Below the pieces are notes generated by a model. That model ran no database searches. It worked only from the letters and a program-made list of their open reading frames with translations, and was not told where the DNA came from. Positions 22,810 through 36,767 of a stretch of 64,000 nt of DNA are shown here, piece after piece. Positions within the stretch are counted from its first letter, which is position 1. Each line of letters starts with the position of its first letter. Made by a program: the position numbers and the translations under genes. The stretch spans positions 4,708,792 to 4,772,791 of the forward strand of contig MU058384.1 of the NCBI GenBank assembly GCA_013265495.1, read 5' to 3'. The DNA is from Vicugna vicugna. Taxonomy: Eukaryota.

Positions 22810-25800
22810 TTAAATTCTTAAAAAGAAAAGTATACGTATTACAAATATGCTACTTACTGAATTTTCACAAACTGAATATGCCTATAAAGTCATCATCTAC
22901 ATCAAGAACGAGAACATCATGAGCACCCAGTAGTAGGACAACTACTCTCATGACATCTAACACATAGTTAATTTCCCCCTATTTTTCTGCTTTATTATAA
23001 ATAGAATCATAAATACTGTGCTCTTTGTATCTGCCTTTTTTGCTCAAAATCATTTTTGTGAGATTTATACTGTTGTTGCATGCAGTTGAGCTTATTCATT
23101 ATCAGTCCTGTTTTTGTACCGTGTAGATATCCATTGTGTGAATAAACCACAATTAATTACCTATTCTATTGATGGACTTTTGAGGTGTTTTCTAGTTTTA
23201 AGCGATTATAAATAAAGCTATAGTGAACACTCTAGTCACATTTTTTGGTGAGCATGTGTATACATTTTGGTTGGGCATATTCTTAGTAGAGTTGCTAAGT
23301 CATAGAGTATGTATATTTTAATAGAGACTTCCCACTTTCCACACTTGGGTTATCAATTGATACCACCAATATTTGAGAGTTTCCATTGCCCTACATCTTC
23401 ACCAATATTTATATTGTCAGTGCTTTAAAATTTTAGTCATTCTTAGGAGTGTGTAGTGATGATTTCATTTTGACTTTGATTTGATTTCTGTGTAACTGGT
23501 GAAGTTGAACATCTTGTTCATGTTTATTGACTACTTGGATTCCTTCACAGTAAATTTGTTCATATCTCTTGTGTATTTTTTAATAAATGAAATTGTCCAC
23601 TTTTTTCTTATTAATTTGTGAGAATATTTTATATAACTAAATAGCAGATTTTTCCCAGATATGAATACATATATATTGCAAATACCTTCCCACTCTGGGT
23701 TTTATTATTTTTCTCCTATTGGTATCTTTTGAAAAACAGAATTTTTAAATTTTACATAACTCCATATTATCCATGTTTCTCCCTTTGATGGTAAGTGCTT
23801 TCTGTAATTTGTTTAAGAAATCTTTCCCAAATTCTGAAGATACTTCTCTATGTATTATTTTTCTAAAGGTCTTTTGTTCCACTTTTCACATTTAGATCTG
23901 CAGTTTATTTGGAATTGAGTCTTGTGTATGGGGATAGGTAGTACACAATGGTCCAGACCCATTTTTTCCTCATATAAATATACAATTGACCTAATACCAC
24001 TTACTAAAGAGACCAGATTTTCATCTACATTTCAGTGTCACTTTTATCACAAATAACATGACTGTGTAAATGGGTCAGTTTCGCTAGTCTCTGTTCTTAG
24101 ATGGTTTGCACCACCACCACCACCATGTCTTAATTACTTTAGCTTTATAATAGCTCTTGCTATTTGGTATTGAAAGTACTCCAGTGTTTTTCTTCAACAT
24201 TGCCTGGGCTGTCCTTTACCCTTTGCACTTCCATATGAATTTTAGAAGCAGCTTCTCGATTCTTCATTCCTCCCCTCTGATTTTGATTCAGATTGGGTGA
24301 ATCTGAAGAGATATACAATTTAGCAACTCTCTAAATAGATTTAAAATCTTTACAAAGTATTCTTGCCATCCGTAAAGTTGTTACGCATCTCTGTTTATTT
24401 GTAAATTTCAGCAGTCTCTCTTTAGATTAATTTCTAAGTATGATTTTTTTTGTTTAATGGATATATAATTGACATACAATATTAAATAAGTTTCAGGTGT
24501 ACAACATAATGATTTGATGTTTGTAATATATTGCAAAGTGATGTTTCTCAGTGCTATTGTACATAGCATTGCTTTTTAAATTTTTGTTTTCTGTTACTGA
24601 TATTTATGTAGAAATGCAATTTAAAAATTTTTAATGTTGTATCCAGTGTTCTTGCTAAATCCATTTACTTCTTAGAGTTTACCCATATTTTGAATTTTCT
24701 GCATACACAGTCATATCATCTGTTAATAATGATAGCTTTATTGCTTCTTTTTCAGTTCTTATCTCTTATTCCTTATTCTTCATACACCGGCTAGGACTTC
24801 CATTACAGTGTTAAATAGAAGTGGCAATAACAAGTCGTCTTCTCTAGCTGCCAGCCTTGGATGAAAACTTTATTATTTCATCATTGAGTGTGATATTTGC
24901 TATAAGCTTTTTGTAAATACCCATTATCAGATTAATGAGCTACCCTCTATTCCTAATTGGCCAATAATTTTTTTAATCATGAAGAGATACTGAATTTTAT
25001 CAGGTACTTTTTCTGCATCTGTCAACATCATCATATTAAATTTCACCCTTTTTTTTCTGTTAATGTGGCTTGTTATTTGATTAAGCCATCTTTGTGTTCT
25101 TGGCAGTGGTTGGGGAGACCCACTTTGTTGTGATATATTAACTCTCTCTTTTTTAATCTATTACTGGATTTGATTTACTGGTACTTTGTTAAGGGTTTTT
25201 GTATCTGTGTCATGAGAGAGATTGGTTTGTATTTTTCCTTTCTTAAAATACCCGGAGTTGTTGATATCAAGGTTTTGATGGTCTCAAAAAGAATGGAGGG
25301 ATATTTCATCTTTTTGAAGCTATTGTATTGAGTATATTCATGTTTAGGACTGTTACATCTTTCTGTCAGATTGATGTTTTCATCATTGTCTTAGTCCATT
25401 CAAGCTGCTATAACAAAATATCGTAGACTTGATGGCTTAAACTATAAACATTTATTTCTCATGGTTTTGAAGGCTGGGAAGTCTAAGATCAAAGTGCCTG
25501 CAGATTCAGTGTCTGGTGAGGGCCCACTTCCGGGTTGCAGACTGGTGTCTTCTCACTGTCTTTATATGGTAGAAAGGGCAAGAGAGCTCTCTGAGGTCTC
25601 TTTGATAAGGACACTAATCCCATTCATGAAAACTACCCTCATGACCTAATCACCTCCCAAAGGCCCAGCCCCTTAATACAGTCACATCAGAGGTTAGAAT
25701 TTCAACCTATGAATTGTTGGGGGGACACAGTGTTCAGTCTATAGCAGTCATTATGCAGTGTCCTTCTTTATCTCTGATAATCCATTTTCCCTTAAAGTCT

Positions 25801-28480
25801 GCTTATGATCTGAGTTTGCATAGTATGTTGTTTCCCATCCTAATTTCTCCACCATGTCCACGGTGCACCCTTAGGTGGTGCCAACCTGGTCAGGGAGGGG
25901 CAACCTTCAAACCTGTGTTTGGCCATGGTCTCCAGGTCTAGGCAGGGCTTGTTAGTACTCCATTCTGCCCCTCCCCATCCACTGGACTCCCTGCCTGTGT
26001 CTGCTTCACATCCCTTTGTCTGGGCCACAGTGTCTCTGCATTGCTTTCCTTTTTGCCTTCACCTCTTTTCTCCCCTGACCCCAGCACATGTGGGGTCTCA
26101 GTCCCCAGGCTGTGAACTCCCTGGGGACAAGCCCCCAGTAAATGTGAAGTGCTGTTGTTCACACCCCGGATATCCTCTTGTTTGTGATCTTTCTGTGTCC
26201 TTATATTTATCATCTCACTGTTAGTCTTCTGTATGATCTAAGTATTTTATATTCTGTATTCTCCTTATCTTTTGAATTATTCAGGTTATTTTTTTAAAGT
26301 TTGCTCCCTCTATTTACTTATTAATTATACATCCTTCTATTATTTTTAAGCTGTTACTCTAGAGAACATTAAGTTCATTCTTGACTTATAATACAAATTA
26401 ACTCCCTCACAAAATACACTTGCCCAACACTGCTAAACATTAGAGTAGTTTGACTCCATTTGAATTTTGTCAGTTGCTGTCTCTGCATCTGTCCCTCTCC
26501 TTTCTAGTTCTTCTCATGTATTTTAGTTCTACGTACATTTTAAACTTCACAGGTATTAGTTACCATTCTGTAAAGTTGATATTAATTTATTTTCATCCCC
26601 AAATTTACTTTTTCCTTTATTTCCATTTTTCATCTGCTTGAAGCACTGTTTATTCTCTCTCTCAGTGCAAGCCTGCTGATTCACTCAGATGTTGTTGTGT
26701 TAAAATGCCTTTACCTTCATTTATGAAATGTATTTACTAGTATATAATTTCAGTTTACAGGAAATCATACAATTGTCTTCTGGCTTCCATCATTTTTGTT
26801 CCCAACTGCATTCTTATTTCTGTCCCATTGAAGGAACTGTTGTCTTTTTTTCCCTCTGGCTGCTCTTTAGGTTTTCCTTTTGTCTTTGGTGTCAGTATTT
26901 TATCATACTATGCCTACATAAAGCTTTATTGGAATTCACCCTGCTTGGAGTTTACTGGTTATACCATTTATCAGTTGTGGAAAATTCTTAGTCATTATTC
27001 CTTTGAATATGGCTCTTCACCATTCTCTCCTGTTTTTCTAGATTATAATTTCACAAACTCTCAAGTTTGTACACATGTGTCTTATGGGTTTTTTTCCCCC
27101 ATATTTTTCTGCTTTTTTCCCCATTAGGCTTTGGTTTGGATATTTATATTGATTTTTCTTCAGTTTCACTAATCATGTCTTCCTTTGTGTCCAATATGCT
27201 TTTAGACACATCCATTGAATTTTTAATTTCAGACATTATATTTTTCAGTTCCAGAATGCTTATTTTTTATGAATTCCAATTCTCTGTAGAAACTACATTT
27301 TTAAAAATTATTTTGTCCATCTTTCCCTTTATTTTCTTGAGCATATTAGTCATAACTTAAGTCCTTGTGTGCTAACTCCAGTTTGGATCTTCTGTGGGTC
27401 TGCTTCTGTTTTTTGGTTTTTTCCTTGGTTATTAGTCATACAGTCTTGCCTCTTTCATGTCTAGTAACTGTTTATTGTATGCTGACCATTGTGTGTAGAA
27501 TCCCAGAGACTCCAGATGATTTTATCTTCCACTACAGAGGATTTCCTCTTTGCTCTCTTAGACAGACAGAGTGGGCAACTGATTTCAACTAATCTGAGCT
27601 AAGTCAGATCTGGGTTGTAGTTTTGTTAAGGCTCTATCTCTGATTTGCCGTGTTCCTAGGCTGTGGCCTTCCAGGTGTTTCAAAGTGAGAGCCTGGCAGA
27701 TACCTGTCTTCAGAGATTTTCAGCTTAGTCCTTTAGCCTTCTGCCCCATGCAGCTTCAAATTTTGGCAAATGTCTTGAGGGGGAGACTGGCCGTGTGTTT
27801 GAGGCCCCTCAAGTCTCCAATTTTGTCACTCCAGCCCCGCGTGAACGCCAAAATCTCTGCTGGTTTCTCTGTCCCCCAGTAGGGGCCTTCTGCCAGGGGC
27901 CACGCCTGGATTCTCAACCTCTAGATGCGCCCAGAATTGGTAAGTGACCCCAGGTGAAAAGTGGCTGTAGGCTGGAGGAGAATGACCATGTCCTCCAGGG
28001 CTTCCTCTTTGCCTGTTTTGTTTTAGGCCCCTCCCGCTGGTGGGTCACTGTTTCCTAGTACCACAAGACTGGGAGATTTCACTACCTCTTCAGCCTCTCA
28101 CGTAGTCCCGGTATTCAGTTTTGTGAGGAAAATTATCCCTGTGTTTGAGACTCCTCAAACCTCCAGTTTTATCACTCTAACCCCATGCAACCACTAAAAA
28201 TTTTGCTGGTTACTCCTTCTCTAAGTAGTGACCTTCTGCCTGGGTCCTCTGCTCATAACAAATGTCCCCAGACATTGCAACAGCTGCCAGTCCATCACCT
28301 CTGATTGATTCTCCCTCTCTGGAATTTTATTCCATCTACTACTATACATTGTTTCTGTACTTTTCTGATGCCTTTAAAAATAAGGTTTTTGTCTTTTATT
28401 TGGCTTTTCAAGTTGTTGTTACCAGAAACATTGACCTGCTATGTTCTACTGCATCCTACTCAGAAGTAGAAATTAAAGTT
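22810..28480 (-). mobile_element. Large antisense ancient L1 (L1ME/L1M4-like): 3'UTR, ORF2 remnants, ORF1/5'UTR-like part; interrupted by nested insertions
   Basis: T-rich antisense L1 motifs (ttgatggacttttgaggtgttttctag, ttgcacttccatatgaattttagaagcagctt, ggctaggacttccattacagtgttaaatagaagtgg). It may be more than one element. Confidence 0.75.
25387..25746 (-). mobile_element. MaLR solo LTR (MLT1A/MST-like) nested in L1
   Basis: TG..CA ends (tgtcttagtccattcaagctgctataac...ttcagtctatagca) with flanks ATCAT/GTCAT, a degenerate 5-bp TSD. Confidence 0.85.
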
Positions 28481-28816
28481 ATAAATGATTTGAGTGATAC
28501 ATATTCCTCTTAGAAAATACTTAGATATTTGCCTCTTATTTTTTTTTTTGTCTTTGCCTCTTATTTTTTTCTCTTTGTGTTGTCGGTCCTTGCTAGGGAA
28601 AAAAAGAAAGATTCCTCGCCCTATTTTAATGCATTAGTAAATGCAGTATTTACTCTAAGAATGTAGTCTGCTCTTGTCTGGCTTTTTCTTTCCTTTTCCT
28701 TGAAGTGCCTTTGTTAACAAAGACAAATAATCATGGATCGAAAAGATTAGATTATATGCAAATTCAGTGTTTATTGTTGAGTATATTGTTATGGGAACAG
28801 TTAGGTATAACTTTGA

Positions 28817-29056
<240 letters not shown>

Positions 29057-30021
29057 TAATTTTTTTGATTGGACAGTTAACCCTTGCAATTGTAAATGTG
29101 TACAGTAGAAGTCCTCTTTTCTGCCTTTGACAGTCAGTGGGAATAGAGCTATAGATTCTAATTAGAGTATAGTTTACATTTCTAGGTGTTTATCAGCCAT
29201 TGATATTCATCAGTACGTTTTACAGAAGAAATGGAGAACATTTATTAATTCAGTAATTCATTTTAAGTGGAGTGGAGTTGAAAGAATTTCTCCCAAGCTT
29301 AATGGCTAACTTATGACATTTAAATTGCATTGTGAATCGTCTTATGTTGCACTGTAAATGCTTAGTTTTCTAACCTCATATTTTTCTTTTGAAATTAATA
29401 TGTTATCTGTGCCTCAGGTAAGGCAAATATCTTGAATTTAATTTTTTTCATAATATTAATTCTATAGCTAATATGTGCTTGAAACCCAAATAAAAAGTAT
29501 AATAAAAATAAATGACTCTACTAGAATTCAAAATAATTATTTGCTTAGAAAAAATGACAAGGATAGGAAATACAAAGATTATAAAAAAACTTTATTCACT
29601 TACTCATCTTGGAGCATACAAAGAAAATATGGCACACCTCAAAGTGCTTACAGTCCTGTTGTGCTCTTTTTGTTATTTAAATCTGCTGTACTAAATTAAT
29701 CACAAACTCATTTAAGATTCTGAACGGTTACTTTCTTCCAGCTCTGCATGCCAAAAGTATAATCATACTTGTCACTTTATATTTAAATAGTAAAATAATT
29801 CTGTGACACTGACTGTTAGTTTATAAATGCAAGATGAAAGCAAGTTACTACCACTTTTAAGTCTCAAACAGTTTATGATTTTCTAGATAAAATAACTTTT
29901 CCTTATATTTCATGGCTACTTATTATTCCTGGTTGCCTCACCTTGAACACTCTTGTTATTTTTTCCTTTCTTTCTCAAACTTACAAAGAATTGTGTTAAT
30001 GTAAGTATCTTTTTTGAACAG

Positions 30022-30214
30022 TGAACGGCCTGTTTCATCTTACTATGAAAAAGAAAGCGTGGATTATATTCTTCCTATTATGACCCAGCCGTATGATTTT
30101 AAACAGTTAAAATCAAGACTTCCGGAGTGGGAAGAACAAATTATATTTAATGAAAACTTTCCGTATTTGCTTCGAGATTTTGATGAGAGCCCTAAAGTCA
30201 TCCTGTTCTTTGAG
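30022..30214 (+). CDS. AHI1: AHI1 coding exon 6 (193 nt; [10 protein letters not shown]...KVILFFE)
   Basis: gaacag acceptor, GTATGA donor; ORF 30014-30220. Confidence 0.96.
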
Positions 30215-30867
30215 GTATGAATTGAACAGAGCAATTTAAACTAAATTTTAGTTAATATTTTAATAGCACAAATATAAGCTGTAATTTTAGTAGATCAATA
30301 ATATAGCAAAAGTACTTTTTTTTTTTGCTTAGTCAAAGATGAAGGCGTTTATTAGCCTCTCAAATTTTCTTATCTTCATCTCTTGATTGTTCCCTCAGAA
30401 AGATAAGAAACTCTCACAGTTTGATCCCTAGGAATAATGTACTTGTACTGTGCTATAGAGATACAAGTAATAGTGTATTTGCTGAGCATTTACTAGTGCA
30501 AGTAGTTAGCCATTTGATTTACTCTTTATTGTTTAATCCTTACAACAATGCCATGACTATTAAGTGAAGTGATGAATCTAATCTGTCTAAACAATCTTCC
30601 ATTCTTAACCCTTTTCACAAAATATAAGCTCATTTATATCAGACTTCCTAAGAGTTTTTATACTACTAGAAGAAATAAAGATGAAAATACACAAATTACT
30701 TGACTAATGTAATGTGTCATATAACCACAATGAAGTAGAACTTCTTAAATGTGAAGGGTTAGTAGAGGGTCATAGCAGTCAGGGAAAGCTTTATAAAATG
30801 GATAGCCTTTGAACTGACTTTTTTAAAAAACTAAATTTGTTTAAAATAAAAAAACAAAAACAAAATG

Positions 30868-31615
30868 AGTTCACCTATTTCTTTCAACCCCCAATCCTCA
30901 CCTCTAGCAACCACCAAGCTGTTCTTGTATCTGTGATCTTGGTTAGTTAGCTTAGATTACACATATAAGAGAGATCACGTGGTGTTTGTCTTTCTCTGAC
31001 TTATTTTACTTAGCATAATGCCCTTGGGATCCATGCATGTTGTCACAAATGGCAAGAGTTCATTCTTTTTTATGACTTAATAATATTTCATTGTGTATAT
31101 ACACCACAACTTCTTTATTCATCAGTGGACACATGGATTGTTTCCATATCTTGGCTGTTGTAAATAATGCTGCAAGAAACAGTTGCTGCAAATAACTACT
31201 TTTTAAATTAGTGTTTTTTTTTTTTATGACTACTCAGAAGTGAAATTGTTGGATCATATGGTAGGCCTATTTTTTATTTTTTAAGGGACCTCTGTATGTC
31301 TTCCACAATGGCTGCACCAATTTACATCCTCAACAACACTGCACAGGGGTTCCCTTTTCTCTACATCCTCACCAACACTTGTTATTTAGTCTTTTAATGC
31401 TAGTCATTCTAACAGGTGTGAGTTGATAGCGCATTGTGGTTTTAATTTGCATCTTTCTCATGATTGATGGTATAGAGTATCTTTCTATCTTTTCATGTAC
31501 CTGTTGGCCATCTGCATGTCTTCTTTAAAAAAATGTCTACTCAGATCTTCTGACCACTTTTTAATCAGATTTCTTTTTTTGCTATTGAGTTTTATGAGTT
31601 TTTTAAAATATAATT
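30868..31615 (-). mobile_element. L1 3' region (L1MA9/L1MB-like), antisense
   Basis: ttagattacacatataagagagatcacgtggtgtttgtctttctctgacttatttt..tccacaatggctgcaccaatttacat..tgttggccatctgcatgtcttcttt. Confidence 0.85.
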
Positions 31616-33353
31616 TGAATTTTAGCTGACTTATTCTAATTTTTTACTGTAAAGGAAATAAAGGTTCAGAGCATAAAGTGATTACCCCAAAGTTACTCTT
31701 ATTTTAAGTGCAGAATTAGTGTTTAAAGATAATTTGAACTTAAAATACTACATTTCCTTTTTGTACTTCATGGTATCTCTCCATAAGCAAGGAAAAGTAA
31801 AGAAAGCCTCTCCTCCAGTTTAAAAAAGATGAGAATTTTAGCATGGGAAAAGCGAGACATGACCAGAGCCAATAACTGATTTTGTAGAGTTACTTGTTTT
31901 TATGATCCTTAACTCAGATAATCTATGTGTGTTTATGATATGAATATTCTACCATTTAGATCTGTGATGGTGTTATATGATTTGTAAAAGCTGTGCCTTT
32001 TAAAAAAGTGATGTGATTTATATATCAAGGTACTGTTTCTTTGTCATAGAAATTTGTCATTTTTTATCATAATGTTCTATTTTATTCATTTTAGTAACAT
32101 TATGAGATTTAGGAAAGATTGTTGGATTATAAACACTTTCAATTACTTTTTAAGTTTTGACGTTAAAATATTATTGTCTACAAAACTAATTTCTGATTTC
32201 AACTTTTTAAGGGTTTGTTGAGGATGACTTGATATTATCTATCAGCAGTCCTTAAAGCTATTATTCTACTTTTAGATATTTCTCTTAAATGACAAGTACA
32301 CAAAAGATGTGTGTGTACGGATATTTATTTAAGCACTGTTTATAATAACAGAAGTTTTAAGGAAATAGGTCTCTTCAGTAAGAGGTTTGGTTAAGTAAAT
32401 TGTTTTTTTTTTCAATTTATGGTATTTGTAATATAGAATACTAGGTAGCCATTAACATGATGGTATACATTTTATGGGTTGCATGTGTATATTGACTTGA
32501 AGAGCTATCCACTACATATCATATGAAAATAGTTTGCAAAATAGCATTGGATTTGTAGTAACATATGTATATTTAGGAAGACACAGAAAAAGGTTTAGAT
32601 ATGTGTAGACCTGTGGTCTTGATTACAAGTCGTTCTTACTCTTGTATACTTTTCTTCTATAATCAGTGTTTTTTCACTGTGAATGCATTATATCTGAAGG
32701 CAAATTTAAGTATATAAAGAAGAGGAATAGATGGAGTCTGTATTAGTTTTTAAGCAGTCTTCTGTAAAGATTTGTTATCTCCGCTGAGCTTTTGATATAA
32801 ACACCAGTGAGCTCAAAGTGATAGTCTGTGACAGGTACCTAGAATACAGGTAGTCCTGTGGCGGGTTGTGATTGCAAGTCCATAACATCCAGACAAGATG
32901 GAGATAGAAAAGAAATTCTCCTGAGAAGCCTAATGACAACATATATCCAAAGAGAAGATACCCAACTTCAGGAAGGTGATCCAAGGAAGGGCCCGTAGAT
33001 GAGGCCATGAATTTTTCAAACAAACTATCCTTTGAAATCTGCTCTCATACATAAAAAAATTGAGTAAAGCTTAAGAATTCTATGCCTGCTGTATTTGTGC
33101 CTAGACTATATTTGAGGTAATTAATACTTTGTCATGGATTTTAAATAAATCATAAGGGTTTATTAATAAAAAATGAAGTGGTCAGAAAATGAACCTCACT
33201 AACTCGGTGAGTTAACTTAAAAGTGAGTGAAATGAGATAAAAATGTTTTTCCTCTAACGGAGGATTTTTTAATTTTGGTAATATATTATTAGAAAATATT
33301 AAATTCTAGGTAGCTTAGTATTCTGTGAAGTAATTTTTTATGCTTATTTACAG

Positions 33354-33449
33354 ATTCTTGATTTCCTAAGCATGGATGAAATTAAGAATAACTCTGAAAT
33401 TCGAAACCAAGAATGCGGCTTCCGGAAAATTGCCTGGGCATTTCTCAAG
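33354..33449 (+). CDS. AHI1: AHI1 coding exon 7 (96 nt; ILDFLSMDEIKNNSEIRNQECGFRKIAWAFLK)
   Basis: ttacag acceptor, GTATGT donor. Confidence 0.96.
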
Positions 33450-33597
33450 GTATGTTTCTTATCCATTTTAAGCAGTTTTAAAATAAACTTGAAATCTGAT
33501 TGGCCACTTTTTCCCAAGTCAGTTTGGTTTCGTATAAGGGGTAATGTTAACAAAGTAATATTGTGGTGGTGAAGGGTTATTAATTCAAGCTCAGGTG

Positions 33598-34400
33598 TTG
33601 CTCATTCAGATTCTTAACTATTTACTGAGTGCCTAGTGTTTCCAGGTACACTTTTTGGCTCTGAGGCTCCAGCATTGAAAAAGGCACAGCCCTGCCATCA
33701 TTATTCAGCTCAACAAATATTAATTATTAAACTCTTTCTATGTGCCAGCCACTGTTCCCATTGGTGAATAAAGAAGATAAACTCCTTGACCTCAAGGACT
33801 TCATATTCTAGCAAGAAAAATAAACATAAAACAATTGATTATACAATTTATCATGTAGTACAAATTTTGTGCATACTGTCAAGAGGTATGGGGTGGATGA
33901 TGAAAACATCCTGCAGGGTCAGGAAAAGGTTTCCTATAGAAGAGACATTGAACCTGAGCATTAGCCAGATGGCAGTAGCAGGGAAGAGAGAGTTCTAGAT
34001 AGAAGGTACAGTCTGTGCAAAGACCCTGATGTTAAAAAGAGCAAGAAATTCCTAGATGAGCAAAAGAAGGCCACTGAGATTGGAGGACAGAAGCTGAGAG
34101 GGAAGGTGGTGCCTGAAGAGCTTGCTGAGGTAGACAAGGTCTTGATTATGCATGGTCTTTGAGCCATTATAGCAACAGGGAACCATTAAAGACTTTAAAG
34201 AGTGGTGGGAAGCCATTACAGGATTTTAAACAAAAGGATAAAATGATTTAATTTTTAGAAAGATTACTTTGCTGGAAGGAGAATGGATTGAGAAAGGCAC
34301 AAATGTATGTACTGGAAATCAAGGTAGAAAATTCTTACAGTAGTCTAGGTGTAAAACAATGGTGTCTTTGTCTAGGATGTCTAAGCAGAGATGAAAGACG
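33598..34400 (-). mobile_element. L2 LINE 3' fragments
   Basis: caacaaatatt..ctatgtgccagccactg, gtctgtgcaaagaccctga, gggaagccattacaggattttaa motifs. Another L2 tail at ~34550-34700. Confidence 0.7.
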
Positions 34401-36554
34401 TAGATAGACTGATGTTTAAAAAGGGAAGTTTTAATTTTATAGTTCTTTTATTTCTGGTATCCTTCATTTCTGATTTCAAACATAAATTTGAGTTATAAAA
34501 AGTTGAATAATTAACCTGTTTTATAGTATAAGACTTTTTCTGTTTGTGCATCCATCCATTCAACAAATATTTACTAAGTGCCTATGAAATGCACGGCACT
34601 CTGCTAACTACAGGACATTCACAGATAGATTAGGCATTGTTCTTTCCCTCCAGTTCAGTTTCTATATAAACATATTACGTACATGATTATGCGTTATAGA
34701 GCAAATGCTGTGAAAACCCAGTTTGGGCATTCAGTCCACGCTGAGGATTAAAGAGAGACTTTAGAACAAGCGCAGTCTGATTGCTGGATGGCAGCCAGCT
34801 TGGCTGTGGTGAGGAAGTAATTAATTCTAGAGTGGCCTTAGGAATCACTTGGTCCATTGTACCTTCTAAAGTCTTTCTTCTGTAACCTTTATACCTTTAT
34901 CTAGACCCCCTCTCACACTAAATTTTTTTAGAAAAACAAAAACAAAAAAAGGTCACTTTCACATAGTAAATGTTGCCACCTTGTGGTCTTATTAGAAAGT
35001 GCACTTACTCCTTTTATGCTATAGTTTGTGCAGAACTGCAATGTTTACTATAAACTGCGCTTGGGAAACAGTGTATCTTGCAGCATTTTTACCTTAAGTG
35101 TCAAATGTATTTTTATTTATTTACCCATTTTATGCCATTGGCATAAACGGCAATCAGGAATAAAGGGTATGTTATTCTATGTGCTTCCTGTGTTATAACA
35201 CTTATGTATCTCTTTCATTAGACTGTAAGCATTTCAAGTCATCGGTGATTCTTTTCGGACAATTTGTTGAACATATTTTAGTCCTTATTTTACCAGACCT
35301 CCTTGTGTTTAATATATCACTCTTTAAACTCACTGTTCCATAATATCATCAACTTCTAGCATATTAATGGCACAGAGAAAGTGCTCCATGAGTACTTATT
35401 GAGGGAATTAATAAATGTATGGAAACAATGACTAGGAAAAATCCATCTTTGAGAAAGTGGCATGAATCAAATTAAAATACAGATGTTTTAATACCTATAC
35501 CATTGGTTCCAGGAATGTCCTAGATAATTGTAAAGTTATTATAGTGGTCCAAATGAACCCCAAAGCACCTTTGTCCGGATAAAAATGAGACTTTATCCTA
35601 ATTCTAAAGTGGAGGACACTTTCAGTTCTTTTAGCACATATATATGACTATTCTTTTAAACTAAAAAATAATTAAGCCTTATTTATTCAAGTTCCACATT
35701 ATATGTTTTATAACCACAATGGCAGGATCTTGGCTGGATCTTAGTTTTCTTATGCTAAGCAGCTTACTAGTATAAGCTAAGTTGCCTGGTGAATATTAAA
35801 ATAACTTATGGAAAATATGATTTAGAATCTGGGGAATAAATATCTTTTAAAAATGATATTACTCCTTTATAATATTCAGGCAGATAATACTACAGTTTAT
35901 GAAGGGAGTCTCGAATACTTAATATTTAATGACTACACATCTTATTGCTCAATTTGAAACTATTCTTTACCCCTCTATATCATAACAGCACCCCTCAGCT
36001 TACAACCTCCATTGACTTTTTCCCTTTCCTCCTGTAGAGGGTAGGGAAAAGATGGGCTGTATTTTTGCTAAATCTCTTTCTTTACTGATGCCTCATTCCT
36101 GAACACACTGCAATCTGGATGGGGCCTCAGCTACTGAAGCTTCTCCAAACAAATCACTATGACTTCTATGTACCAAATTATTGAACATTTTCTAGTTCTT
36201 CTTTTATCAACCTATGTGTGTGATATCATTCCCTTAAAACTCTTGTTACCTTGCTTTTCTTGACACCATCCTTTCCTGATTTTCCTTATTCCATTCCTTC
36301 AGTCTCCTTCCAGGTCTTCCACTAACCTCTTTAATATCAATACTACGCATAGTTTCACCTTTAAACCGCTTCTCTTAGACCCACTTTTCTTGCGTGTGCT
36401 TCAGAATTAAGACGTTTCAGCTTGGGGTGACCTATAGATATCGCAGACTCTCCCAAACTGAACATCCTCCCTAACTCTCTTCCGTCTCCTCTATCTGCTT
36501 CTTAAGTTGGTAGCTCCACCACCTGCCCAGTCTTCCAAGTTTACAACCTTTGAG

Positions 36555-36767
36555 CTGCACTGTTTGTTTTGGGAGCCACTAGTCACATGTGGCCATTTGA
36601 ATTCAGATTAATTTGTTAAAATTAAATATAATTAAAAATTAATTTCCAAAGTTGCACTAGCCACACGTCAAGTGCTCGATGGCCACACGTGACTAGTGGA
36701 TGCTGTATTGGATTACACGGATAGAGAGCATGCCCGTCATCACAGAAAGTTCTGTTGGACAGCTCTG
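36555..36767 (+). mobile_element. MER33/MER3-like hAT-Charlie element
   Basis: agccactagtcacatgtggcc..tgcactagccacacgtcaagtgctc..cagaaagttctgttggacagctctg. Confidence 0.8.

Noticed and set aside
26450..27882. Cluster of Phe/Leu/Ser-rich ORFs resembling membrane proteins
   Set aside because: Translations of T-rich antisense L1 sequence.
28528..28577. Short tandem duplication of tttgcctcttattttttt
   Set aside because: Ordinary slippage next to a T-run; no functional indication.
36576..36699. 21-bp inverted repeat (ccactagtcacatgtggccat / atggccacacgtgactagtgg) suggesting a hairpin RNA
   Set aside because: Explained by the internal palindrome of the MER33/MER3 element; no independent evidence for a miRNA.
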